Notes: generated by a model not told the origin, from the letters alone. A stretch of DNA of 64,000 nt from Bacilli bacterium (GCA_045628045.1 JAZQOV010000011.1:73470-137469), one strand, 5' to 3'; positions 10,290-18,888 are shown, counted from the stretch's first letter. Numbers and translations are program-made.

Positions 10290-10345
10290 GGCATACGCCC
10301 TCCTCTCTGACTAAGCACCCATCGAATTCTCTGGATCTTAGCCAT
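10268..10345 (-). CDS. 25-aa leader ORF 2 (MAKIQRIRWVLSQRGGRMPSSIWLC)
   Basis: GGAGGAG SD plus ATG; collinear with units 1 and 3. Confidence 0.55.
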   Translation of the reverse strand: MAKIQRIRWVLSQRGGRMPSSIWLC

Positions 10346-10594
10346 ATCTATCTCCTCCAAAACTATCCGATTCTATTAATCGGCGTGCATATTATTTCAC
10401 ACTGCATATTCCCCTTGTCAAGAGGTCAAAAAAGTTACCTATATTAATATAGAAACTAAGATTTACTTATAACTCTAGAACTATACTTATATTAATATTA
10501 GGTAAAAAATTTCTAATTTTTGTTTATGTATTGTTTCTAGTACTGGTGAATTGTTTTTTCTTTGTTAATACTTGTGAATGTGCTATATTATATT

Positions 10595-10660
10595 CGACAG
10601 GTACTTAGTAGACTAGTCAAATGAAAAGATATCAGGTTGCAGCCCGATATCTTTTTTTCA
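10595..10660 (+). ncRNA. Putative antisense antitoxin sRNA 3
   Basis: Promoter upstream; terminator aaaagatatc-aggttgcagccc-gatatctttttt; 18-nt 10598-10615 repeated exactly at 10673-10690. Confidence 0.7.
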
Positions 10661-10687
10661 TTTAGGACTCAGCAGGTACTTAGTAGA

Positions 10688-10750
10688 CTAATTATCTATC
10701 AGCATTAAAAGTAACACCAATATGATAATTAGTACAATAAGGTATTGGAT
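10688..10750 (-). CDS. Putative type I toxin peptide 3 (20 aa, IQYLIVLIIILVLLLMLIDN; AUC start inferred)
   Basis: GGAGG-9 nt-ATC; single TM-like helix. Confidence 0.65.
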   Translation of the reverse strand: MQYLIVLIIILVLLLMLIDN

Positions 10751-10806
10751 GTCATAAGACCTCCTCCCTGACTAAGCACCCTTTGAGCTCGTTGGATCTT
10801 AGCCAT
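10729..10806 (-). CDS. 25-aa leader ORF 3 (MAKIQRAQRVLSQGGGLMTSNTLLY)
   Basis: AGGAGG SD plus ATG; collinear with units 1 and 2. Confidence 0.55.
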   Translation of the reverse strand: MAKIQRAQRVLSQGGGLMTSNTLLY

Positions 10807-11089
10807 ACCTGCCTCCTGCTAAACTATCCGATTTTTAAAATCGGCGTGCATATTATTTCATAGGTTATATTCCCCTTGTCAAGAGGACTAAAAAGTTACC
10901 TTATATTAATATAACTCCATTGGATTTATTTACTAAGTAAAGATTTACTATATTAATAATAAGGTAAAAATTTAAAAAATTTGGTTCCTATTATATATTT
11001 AGTGCATAAAATCGAACTTTTTCTTTGAAAAGATTGTTTTAATGCGCTCGCTCGTGTATGATATTTATGCACATACATAGGAGAACTTA

Positions 11090-11659
11090 ATGGTTGGTAT
11101 TGTCCTTGCGGGTGGTTATTCATCCCGAGCCAAAGTTAATAAGCTCCTCCTGGAGGTAGATCGTAAACCTCTTATTCGTCATACAATTGACACTTTGAAA
11201 CCTTTCTGTAAAAAGGTTTTTGTTGTGACAGGAAAATATCATGATGAACTTAGTCAAGTTTTAGATGATGTTGAGATTGTTTGTAACAAAGATTTTGATT
11301 TAGGAATGTTTTCTAGCGTGCTTGCAGGAATTAATGCTGCTCTAGGCGAAGATGTTTTACTTATCCCAGGTGATATTTCTAATGTGGCTAAAACCACTAT
11401 TGAAGCTTTGCTTTACGGAAATAAAGACATCCGTATTCCTTCTTATGAAGGAATTACAGGACATCCTGTTTTTATTTCGAAGAAATATGTTGAACTTTTA
11501 TCTCATGAACCAGTTAGTTCCAGATTATGTGATTTTCTTAACGCGCACGAGTGTGCAAAGGAAGTTATCAGTGTAAATGACCCTTTTATCAATTTTGATA
11601 TTGATACGATTGAGGATTACAACAGATTTATTAATACAAGAAAGGAAGTTACTTTATGA
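11090..11659 (+). CDS. mocA: Molybdenum cofactor cytidylyltransferase (MocA/YgfJ family)
   Basis: VLAGGYSSR, GMFSSV, PGD, GHPV and DIDT motifs; adjacent to Mo hydroxylases. Confidence 0.85.
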   Translation: MVGIVLAGGYSSRAKVNKLLLEVDRKPLIRHTIDTLKPFCKKVFVVTGKYHDELSQVLDDVEIVCNKDFDLGMFSSVLAGINAALGEDVLLIPGDISNVAKTTIEALLYGNKDIRIPSYEGITGHPVFISKKYVELLSHEPVSSRLCDFLNAHECAKEVISVNDPFINFDIDTIEDYNRFINTRKEVTL

Positions 11660-12423
11660 AAGCAAAATCTTTCATTAGACCTTCTTCTTTAGAAGAGGCC
11701 TATAAGCTTGTTAAAGCTTCACCAAAGAACAAAATTGTCGCTGGTGGACTTTGGCTTAAAAAAGGAAACGCTGAAGCAGAAACTCTCATTGATATTTCAT
11801 CTCTTGGCCTAGACAAAATCTTAGACAAAAAAGAATACGTTGAAGTTGGCGCAATGGTTTCCCAAAGAGAACTTGAAAAATCTTCACTTGTTCCTGAAGT
11901 AATTAGAGAAGCAACTGCATTAGTTATGGGACCAGCATTCCGTAATATCGCGTCAGTTGGAGGATCAGTTTATGGAAAATATGGTTTTTCTGACATTGTC
12001 ACAGCATTACTTGTATACAAAGTAGAACTCGTTTTCTACCCAGAAGCAGTAATCACACTTGATGAATACGTCAAAAAACCTGGATTTTATGATGGAATTT
12101 TAACTCACATAAGAATTTACAAAGATAATCGCAAGGCTTTCTTTAAGAAAGTTGAAATTACTGCACTTGATTATCCAATTCTTAACGTTGCAGTTTCCGA
12201 AGGAAAAGAATGCAAAATTGTTATTGGTTCACGCCCACTTGTTGCATGCGTTTGCGAGCAAGCAAGCGCACTTGCTAGCAAAGGTGAAAAGGATTTTGAA
12301 AAGATCGCTGCTTTAGCAGTTGAAGAAACAAAATTCGGTGATTCAATCGCCACCAAAGGTGAATATAGAAAACAACTTGCACTCACTTATGTAAGACGTG
12401 GTCTTGAGGAGGTTAACAAATAA
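11656..12423 (+). CDS. Molybdenum hydroxylase FAD-binding subunit (YgfM-like)
   Basis: RPSSLEEAY, AGGLWL and FRNIASVGG motifs. Confidence 0.85.
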   Translation: MKAKSFIRPSSLEEAYKLVKASPKNKIVAGGLWLKKGNAEAETLIDISSLGLDKILDKKEYVEVGAMVSQRELEKSSLVPEVIREATALVMGPAFRNIASVGGSVYGKYGFSDIVTALLVYKVELVFYPEAVITLDEYVKKPGFYDGILTHIRIYKDNRKAFFKKVEITALDYPILNVAVSEGKECKIVIGSRPLVACVCEQASALASKGEKDFEKIAALAVEETKFGDSIATKGEYRKQLALTYVRRGLEEVNK

Positions 12424-12875
12424 TGTTAGTCAAATTCAATCTCAACGGACTTGATATCGAAGTCAATGTAAAACCAGGCGAGTATCTTTTAGATACACTT
12501 AGAGCTTATGGTGTTAAATCAGTCAAAAAAGGCTGTGATGGTTCCGCATGCGGAGTCTGTACAGTTCTTCTTGATGATAAACCAGTTTTATCTTGCTCAG
12601 TTTTAACTGCAAAAGTTGAAGGTCACAAAGTGACCACAGTTGAAGCAATTCAAGATGAAGCTGCTAAATTATCCGAATGCTTCTCTCGTGAAGGTGCAGA
12701 TCAGTGCGGCTTCTGTAATGCAGCATTCGCACTTATGGTGCACGCACTCAAAAAAGAAAATCCACATCCAACAGATGAGGAAATCAAAGATTATATGGTC
12801 GGAAACCTTTGCAGATGCACAGGTTATCAATCTCAACAAAAAGCAATTAAAGCTTATTTAGGAGGTAAGAAATAA
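12423..12875 (+). CDS. Molybdenum hydroxylase 2x[2Fe-2S] subunit
   Basis: GCDGSACGVC, QCGFC and NLCRCTGY. Confidence 0.92.
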   Translation: MLVKFNLNGLDIEVNVKPGEYLLDTLRAYGVKSVKKGCDGSACGVCTVLLDDKPVLSCSVLTAKVEGHKVTTVEAIQDEAAKLSECFSREGADQCGFCNAAFALMVHALKKENPHPTDEEIKDYMVGNLCRCTGYQSQQKAIKAYLGGKK

Positions 12876-15190
12876 TGAAAAAGAATTTCAAAGTTGTAAA
12901 CAACTTAACTCCTAGTGTTGATGGAAAAGGTCTTATGCAAGGTCGTGCTGTTTACACAGACGACATTGCTCCTCAAGGTGCTTTAATTGTTAAAATTTTA
13001 AGATCACCACATGCTTTCGCAAGAATTAAATCAATTGACGTTAGTGAAGCTGAAAAACTTCCTGGCGTTGCATGTATTTTAACCAAGGATAACGTCCCAC
13101 ACGTTTCATTTACACGTGCAGGACAAGGTTATCCTGAACCATCACCATACGATAAATTCATCTTGGATGAATATGTTCGTTATGTTGGTGATGAAGTTGC
13201 TGCAGTTGCAGCAGTTGATGAAGAAACTGCTTTAGCAGCAATGAAGCTCATCAAAGTTGATTATGAGGTTTTAAAACCAGTCCTCAACTTTGAAGAAGCT
13301 TTTGAAAACGAATCAGTTATCCACCCAGAAGATGGAATCCATGACATGTTCCCAATTGGTTTTGAACCAAAGAAGAATGTTGCAGCATCTTATGAGATGG
13401 AAGTTGGCAACGTCGAAGAAGAATTAAAGAAATCTGAAGTTGTTGTCGAAGACACATTCTATTCACAAGCACAAGCTCACGCTATGATCGAGCCACACAC
13501 TTGTAATGCACGCTTAGACGAGCACAATAGACTTGTTGTTTATTCCACAACTCAAACTCCATATCATATGCGTAGAATCATCTGCAAGACCTTAGGTCTT
13601 CCAGTTGATAGAGTTAGAGTCATTAAACCAAGAGTTGGTGGTGGCTTTGGTGGAAAACAAGCTTTCCATGGTGAAATGTTTGTCTCCCTTGTTACTTTAA
13701 GAACAAATAAACCTGCAAAATGTGTTTATACTCGTGAAGAAGTATTTGGTTGTTCTTATACGAGACACCCAATGAGAATCTCACTTAGAGTTGGTGCAAA
13801 TAAAGATGGTGTTATTAACGCAATCGATTGCCGCACTCTTTCAGATACAGGTGCTTATGGTGAACACGCTTTAACAGTCTTTATGATTGTTGGTTCTAAA
13901 GTTTTGCCACTTTATAACAAAGTTAAAGCTGTTAAATTCGGTGGAAGAGTTGTTTACACGAACCATGTATCTGCGGGCGCATATCGTGGTTATGGTGCTA
14001 TTCAAGGTAACTACGCAGTTGAATCCATCATTGATGAACTTGCGGAAAAGCTTCATATGGATCCAATTAAGCTTCGTGAAATTAACTCCATGAAGGAAAA
14101 AGAAACTTCCCCAATCTTTAAGATTATGGGTGAAGGTACCGAAGGTACAGAAATGATTATGGAAAGCTGCAAGCTTCCATATTGTATTAAACGTGGTCGT
14201 GAACTTATGGATTGGGACAAGAAATACCCAGTTAAGAAAGTTGGAGATCACAAAATTAGATCAGTTGGTTGCGCAATTGCCATGCAAGGTTCAGGAATTC
14301 CATTCTTAGATATGGGTTCTTGTACAATTAAACTTAATGATGGTGGCTCATACATGGTCACCGTTGGTGCTACTGATATTGGACAAGGCTCTGATACAGT
14401 TATTTCTCAAATTGTTGCAGAAGCTCTTCAAACAACAATGGACAAAGTCATTATCTATTCATCTGATACAGACTTAACTCCATACGATTGTGGTGCTTAC
14501 GCTTCTTCAACAACCTATGTTTCTGGTAACGCAGCATATAATGCTGCTTGCAAGATGAGAGAAAGACTTCTTAAAGAAGCTGCAGTTGAACTCAAAGTAA
14601 AACCAGATGAGGTTGAATTTGATGGAACAACATTTAAAGCTGGCAAGAAGTCAATCTCACTTGTTGATTTATCAACAGGAAGACTTTATAACAACAATAC
14701 ACATCAAATTGCTGTTACAGAATCTTATCATGGTCATGTTTCTCCACCTCCATTTATGGCAGCATTTGGAGAATTCGAATTTGACACAGAAACTTACGAA
14801 TACAAGATGATTAAGTACGTTACAGTTACTGACTGTGGTACAACAATTAACCCAGCATTGGCCAAAGGCCAAGTTGAAGGTGGTATTATCCAAGGTTATG
14901 GCATGGCTTCAAGTGAAGCGGTGCTTTATAGCTCAAATGGAAAACTACTTTCAAATACTTTTGATACTTATCACATTCCAACTGTCAAAGAAGTTGGTGA
15001 GCTTGTTACTGAATTTGCTGATTCATATGAACCAACAGGTCCATTTGGCGCAAAATCAGTTGGTGAAATTGGTATTGATACACCTCCAGCAGTACTCTGC
15101 AATGCAGTTTACAATGCTTTCGGTGTAAGAATTCATCATTTACCAATCACACCAGAAAAAATCTTTGAAACAATGAAGGCTAAAAAATAA
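12875..15190 (+). CDS. Molybdenum hydroxylase Moco-binding subunit (XdhD-like)
   Basis: GGGFGGK, AYRGYG, GQVEGG and KSVGE motifs. Confidence 0.9.
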   Translation: MKKNFKVVNNLTPSVDGKGLMQGRAVYTDDIAPQGALIVKILRSPHAFARIKSIDVSEAEKLPGVACILTKDNVPHVSFTRAGQGYPEPSPYDKFILDEYVRYVGDEVAAVAAVDEETALAAMKLIKVDYEVLKPVLNFEEAFENESVIHPEDGIHDMFPIGFEPKKNVAASYEMEVGNVEEELKKSEVVVEDTFYSQAQAHAMIEPHTCNARLDEHNRLVVYSTTQTPYHMRRIICKTLGLPVDRVRVIKPRVGGGFGGKQAFHGEMFVSLVTLRTNKPAKCVYTREEVFGCSYTRHPMRISLRVGANKDGVINAIDCRTLSDTGAYGEHALTVFMIVGSKVLPLYNKVKAVKFGGRVVYTNHVSAGAYRGYGAIQGNYAVESIIDELAEKLHMDPIKLREINSMKEKETSPIFKIMGEGTEGTEMIMESCKLPYCIKRGRELMDWDKKYPVKKVGDHKIRSVGCAIAMQGSGIPFLDMGSCTIKLNDGGSYMVTVGATDIGQGSDTVISQIVAEALQTTMDKVIIYSSDTDLTPYDCGAYASSTTYVSGNAAYNAACKMRERLLKEAAVELKVKPDEVEFDGTTFKAGKKSISLVDLSTGRLYNNNTHQIAVTESYHGHVSPPPFMAAFGEFEFDTETYEYKMIKYVTVTDCGTTINPALAKGQVEGGIIQGYGMASSEAVLYSSNGKLLSNTFDTYHIPTVKEVGELVTEFADSYEPTGPFGAKSVGEIGIDTPPAVLCNAVYNAFGVRIHHLPITPEKIFETMKAKK

Positions 15191-16494
15191 TGAACGATTT
15201 ACTTGTCAAAAACGGTTTAGTATTCCTAAAAGGAAAATGGGTTAAGACCAACTTAGCCGTTTTAGGCGAGAAAATTGTTTATATTGGTGAAAAAGAACAA
15301 GAAGCAACAGAAGTTATTGATGCTGAAGGACTAAAAGTCCTTCCAGGATTAATTGATCCTCATATTCATTTTGAACTTAATTGCGGAAGAGTTACTTCTT
15401 GTGATGATTTCTATTCAGGTTCTATTGCCGCTGCTTATGGTGGAGTTACAACTTATGTTGATTTCCTTGATCCTACAAGTAACGCTGAGGAACTTGAAAA
15501 GTCTTATTATGAACGTATTGCTTTGGCAAAGAAGTCAGTTGTTGACTATCACATGCACGCTTGCATAAAAATGCCAAACGGTGATTTAGAGGAATACGTT
15601 AAGACCGTTGTAAAACTCGGAATGCGCACAATTAAGTTGTTTACAACTTATAGTGACACAGGACGTAGAACTTATGACAAAGACATTATTGAATTACTTA
15701 AATTAAGTAAAAAATATAATGTTATGATTTGTGCTCATATTGAAAATGATGACTTAATTGACCTTAGAGAAGGTTATACCTTCAAGGATCTTCCAGTTTC
15801 TCGTCCAAGTATCTCTGAGACTAGCGAAGCTCTTAAACTTGCTAAGATTGTCCGTGAAACTGGTGGTAATTTCTACATGGTTCACTGCTCTAGTGGCGAA
15901 ACTCTTAAGGCGCTCAAAGAGCAATTTAGTGATATTTTAGGTAAAAACTTCTTTGTGGAAAGTTGTCCTCAATATTTTGTATTTAATAATTCAGTTCTTG
16001 AGGAAGATAATGGCAAGTTATTTACATTTGCTCCACCTCTAAGAAGTGAAAGAGAAAGACAGCTACTTGTTGCTAACTATAAAGACATTATTTCTATTGG
16101 CACAGACCATTGTGCATTTATGAAAAAAGAGAAGGATTTCCCACGTCTAATGGGCTTCCCACTTGGCGTTGGTGGAATCGAACATAGTTTCTCAATTATG
16201 TATAAAAGATTTGGTGAAGAAATCATCGATAAAATGTCAAAAAACACGGGAATTCTCCAGGATTTTCCAACTAAAGGAGAACTTGAAGTTGGTAAAGATG
16301 CAGACATTTCTATCTTTAAAGAAGTGCCAGATTTTATTGAAAAAGAAAACCATGGAACTTGTGATTATTCGATATATGATGGAGTCCTTGGTTCAGGTGA
16401 ATTTGTACACGTAATTAATCGTGGAAAATTTGTTATCAAAAACAGAAAACTTATTCCACATGTTGGAAAAGAAATTGTTTGTGGGGTGAAATAA
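15190..16494 (+). CDS. Cyclic amidohydrolase (dihydropyrimidinase/hydantoinase, HyuA-like)
   Basis: PGLIDPHIH, AAAYGGVTT, PPLR and GTDHC motifs. Confidence 0.85.
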   Translation: MNDLLVKNGLVFLKGKWVKTNLAVLGEKIVYIGEKEQEATEVIDAEGLKVLPGLIDPHIHFELNCGRVTSCDDFYSGSIAAAYGGVTTYVDFLDPTSNAEELEKSYYERIALAKKSVVDYHMHACIKMPNGDLEEYVKTVVKLGMRTIKLFTTYSDTGRRTYDKDIIELLKLSKKYNVMICAHIENDDLIDLREGYTFKDLPVSRPSISETSEALKLAKIVRETGGNFYMVHCSSGETLKALKEQFSDILGKNFFVESCPQYFVFNNSVLEEDNGKLFTFAPPLRSERERQLLVANYKDIISIGTDHCAFMKKEKDFPRLMGFPLGVGGIEHSFSIMYKRFGEEIIDKMSKNTGILQDFPTKGELEVGKDADISIFKEVPDFIEKENHGTCDYSIYDGVLGSGEFVHVINRGKFVIKNRKLIPHVGKEIVCGVK

Positions 16495-16495
16495 T

Positions 16496-17788
16496 ATGAA
16501 CGCTATTATTAACGCTAGAATTTATGACTATGTAACCTACATTGAAAACGGGTATCTTATTTACGACGATAAGATTGTTGAAGTGGGAGACATGAAAAAC
16601 TTCAAAAATAAAGGATTCGACAAAATCGAAGACTATGAAGGTGATTTACTCATGCCTACATTTGTTTGTGCACACTCTCACATATATTCGATTTTTGCTC
16701 GTGGCTTATCTCTTCCATTTAATCCACAAAATTTCCAAGATATTTTGAATCAAATGTGGTGGAAGATTGATGCAGAGCTTGTTAACAAAGAAACTTATTA
16801 TTCAGGAATTGCAGCAGGTAGTGAATTCCTTCTTAACGGAGTTACATCTGTAATTGACCATCATGCATCTGGTGAAATCACAGGTTCTTTGAAAGAACTT
16901 AGAAAAGCTTTTGTGGGTCCACTTAAAATGCGTGGTATTTTCTGTTTTGAAACTTCAGATCGTTATGATGTGAAGAAATGTTTAAAAGAAAACGCTAGCT
17001 TCGCTAAAAAATATCCTGGTGAAGGATTATTTGGCATGCACGCTTCAATGTCTATTTCAGATAAAACACTTAAAGGCATTGCTAAAGCTCAAAACGGTGT
17101 TCCTTTACACGTGCATTGTGCTGAAAGCGAAATGGATGAAGCTGATAGCCTTGCAAAATATAAAAAGAATATTATTAAAAGATTTGATGATGCTGGAATA
17201 CTAATTCCAAATTCACTCGTCGTTCATGGTGTTCATCTAAAAGATGAAGAACTTGAAATAATCGCTAAAAATAAATGTTATATGGTTGTTAATACAACCT
17301 CAAATATGAACAATGCAGTTGGTTTACCATTTGTTAAAAACTACATTGATCATAATATTCCAGTTATGGTTGGAAACGATGGCCTTAATTCAAATATGGC
17401 CAGCGAATATATGAATGTTTTGTTCTCAGGACATTTAAGAGTTGGTTCTCCAACTGCATTAGGTGTTGGTGATATTCAAAACATGATTAGAAATTCTTAC
17501 AAATACGTCGGTGAAAGACTCGGCGTAAAACTTGGTGAATTTAAGAAGGGTTACGAAGCAGATTTCATGAGAGTTCATTATCGTCCATTCACAAAAATGG
17601 ATGAGACAAATGCACTCGGTCATATCGTGTTTGGACTCTTCCCAAATTTCAAACCAAGAGACGTTTATACTTACGGTAAAAAACGAGTAAATAACTACAA
17701 AATCGCCAGTAAATCCCTGGTAAATCAGGTTATTGAGGCCAGAAAATATGCTGACGAATTATGGGCCAAAGTTAAAGGAGGAAAATAA
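16496..17788 (+). CDS. ssnA: SsnA-like amidohydrolase/deaminase
   Basis: AHSHIYSIFARG, NGVTSVIDHHAS, GMHAS, HVHCAE and SNMNNAVG. Confidence 0.8.
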   Translation: MNAIINARIYDYVTYIENGYLIYDDKIVEVGDMKNFKNKGFDKIEDYEGDLLMPTFVCAHSHIYSIFARGLSLPFNPQNFQDILNQMWWKIDAELVNKETYYSGIAAGSEFLLNGVTSVIDHHASGEITGSLKELRKAFVGPLKMRGIFCFETSDRYDVKKCLKENASFAKKYPGEGLFGMHASMSISDKTLKGIAKAQNGVPLHVHCAESEMDEADSLAKYKKNIIKRFDDAGILIPNSLVVHGVHLKDEELEIIAKNKCYMVVNTTSNMNNAVGLPFVKNYIDHNIPVMVGNDGLNSNMASEYMNVLFSGHLRVGSPTALGVGDIQNMIRNSYKYVGERLGVKLGEFKKGYEADFMRVHYRPFTKMDETNALGHIVFGLFPNFKPRDVYTYGKKRVNNYKIASKSLVNQVIEARKYADELWAKVKGGK

Positions 17789-17790
17789 CT

Positions 17791-18888
17791 ATGGACATTT
17801 CTACAAAGTTTGACGGATTAGTACTTGATAATCCACTTATGCCAGCAGCAGGACCAGTCGTTGGTGATGCTGAAAAAATGTTATGGCTTGAGAAGGTTGC
17901 AGGTTGTGGTGCAATTGTTGCAAAAACAATCTCAACAAAAGATGCTCACATTCCACATCCATGTATTTATGGTGATCGTGATTACATCATGAATTGTGAA
18001 TTATGGACTGAACACACAAAAGAAAAATGGATTAACGAGTTTTTACCTTTTTATAAGAAAAATTCTATTGGTAAGCCACTTATTATTTCAGTTGGTTATA
18101 CCAAAGAAGATATGGAAGTGCTCATTCCTTTACTTGATAAGTTTGCAGATGCATTCGAAGTTTCAACTCATTACGTTGGAAATGATTTAAATCAACTTGC
18201 TGAAACAGTTTCGACCATTAGAAGACTTACAAAGAAGCCTTTTTATATGAAAATATCAGCTCATATGCCAGATCCTGAAGGATTTGCCCATACAATTAAA
18301 GAAAATGGTGCAAACGGTGTTGTTGCAGTTAACTCACTTGGACCATCAATGAAAATTGATATCGAAAAACGTGAAATTATTTATGGAAACGCTAAAGGTT
18401 TTGCTTGGACAAGCGGACCATATATTAAAAATATTGCTTTAGCAACAGTTTATACAATTAAGAAAGCTGAACCATCATTAACAGTTATTGGTGTTGGTGG
18501 TATTGCTACAGCAAGTGATGTTATTGAATTCTTACTTGCAGGCGCTAGCGCAGTTCAAATGCTTTCAGCAGCAATGCTTCGTGGTAAAGAACTCTATGCA
18601 AAAATTATTGCTGACCTCCCAGCAGCTTTAGAAAAGTATGGATTCAAATCAGTTGAAGATGTTATTAAGACAGGCTTACATCAAGAACTTCGCTACGAAA
18701 TGGGCGATGCTCCAACAGTTGATGCTACAAAATGTAGCAAATGTGGAACTTGTGCAAGAATCTGTCCATATTTTGCTATTGAAATGGATGGAACTCCAAA
18801 ATTCAATTCTGAAAAATGTTTTAGATGTGGACTTTGTGTTTCAAAATGTCCAGTCAAGGCACTTACATATCATAAAGGAGCTAAGTAA
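17791..18888 (+). CDS. Dihydroorotate/dihydropyrimidine dehydrogenase-like FMN enzyme with C-terminal 2x[4Fe-4S] (PreA-like)
   Basis: NPLMPAAGP, KTIS, IGVGGI and AGASAVQ; two CxxCxxCxxxCP motifs. Confidence 0.8.
   Translation: MDISTKFDGLVLDNPLMPAAGPVVGDAEKMLWLEKVAGCGAIVAKTISTKDAHIPHPCIYGDRDYIMNCELWTEHTKEKWINEFLPFYKKNSIGKPLIISVGYTKEDMEVLIPLLDKFADAFEVSTHYVGNDLNQLAETVSTIRRLTKKPFYMKISAHMPDPEGFAHTIKENGANGVVAVNSLGPSMKIDIEKREIIYGNAKGFAWTSGPYIKNIALATVYTIKKAEPSLTVIGVGGIATASDVIEFLLAGASAVQMLSAAMLRGKELYAKIIADLPAALEKYGFKSVEDVIKTGLHQELRYEMGDAPTVDATKCSKCGTCARICPYFAIEMDGTPKFNSEKCFRCGLCVSKCPVKALTYHKGAK

Larger units (their letters stand above)
9628..10990. repeat. Three tandem diverged ~460-470 bp units (type I TA-like array)
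   Basis: Landmarks recur three times: tgtcaa at 9945, 10416 and 10877; ccgatt..aatcgg hairpins; terminators; spacer inverted repeats. Confidence 0.95.

Noticed and set aside
9664-10782. DGR-like template/variable repeats (A-to-G differences such as cgatagatacttag versus cgatgggtgcttag)
   Set aside because: Segments are only ~14 nt, on opposite strands and explained by G-U pairing; there is no reverse transcriptase in the window
9628-10990. CRISPR array
   Set aside because: Period is ~465 bp, the short repeats are copy-specific pairs rather than one constant repeat, and there are no cas genes in the window
10970-11089. Purine or Moco riboswitch upstream of the Mo-hydroxylase operon
   Set aside because: I could not recognise any aptamer consensus or expression-platform terminator; an Rfam scan would settle it
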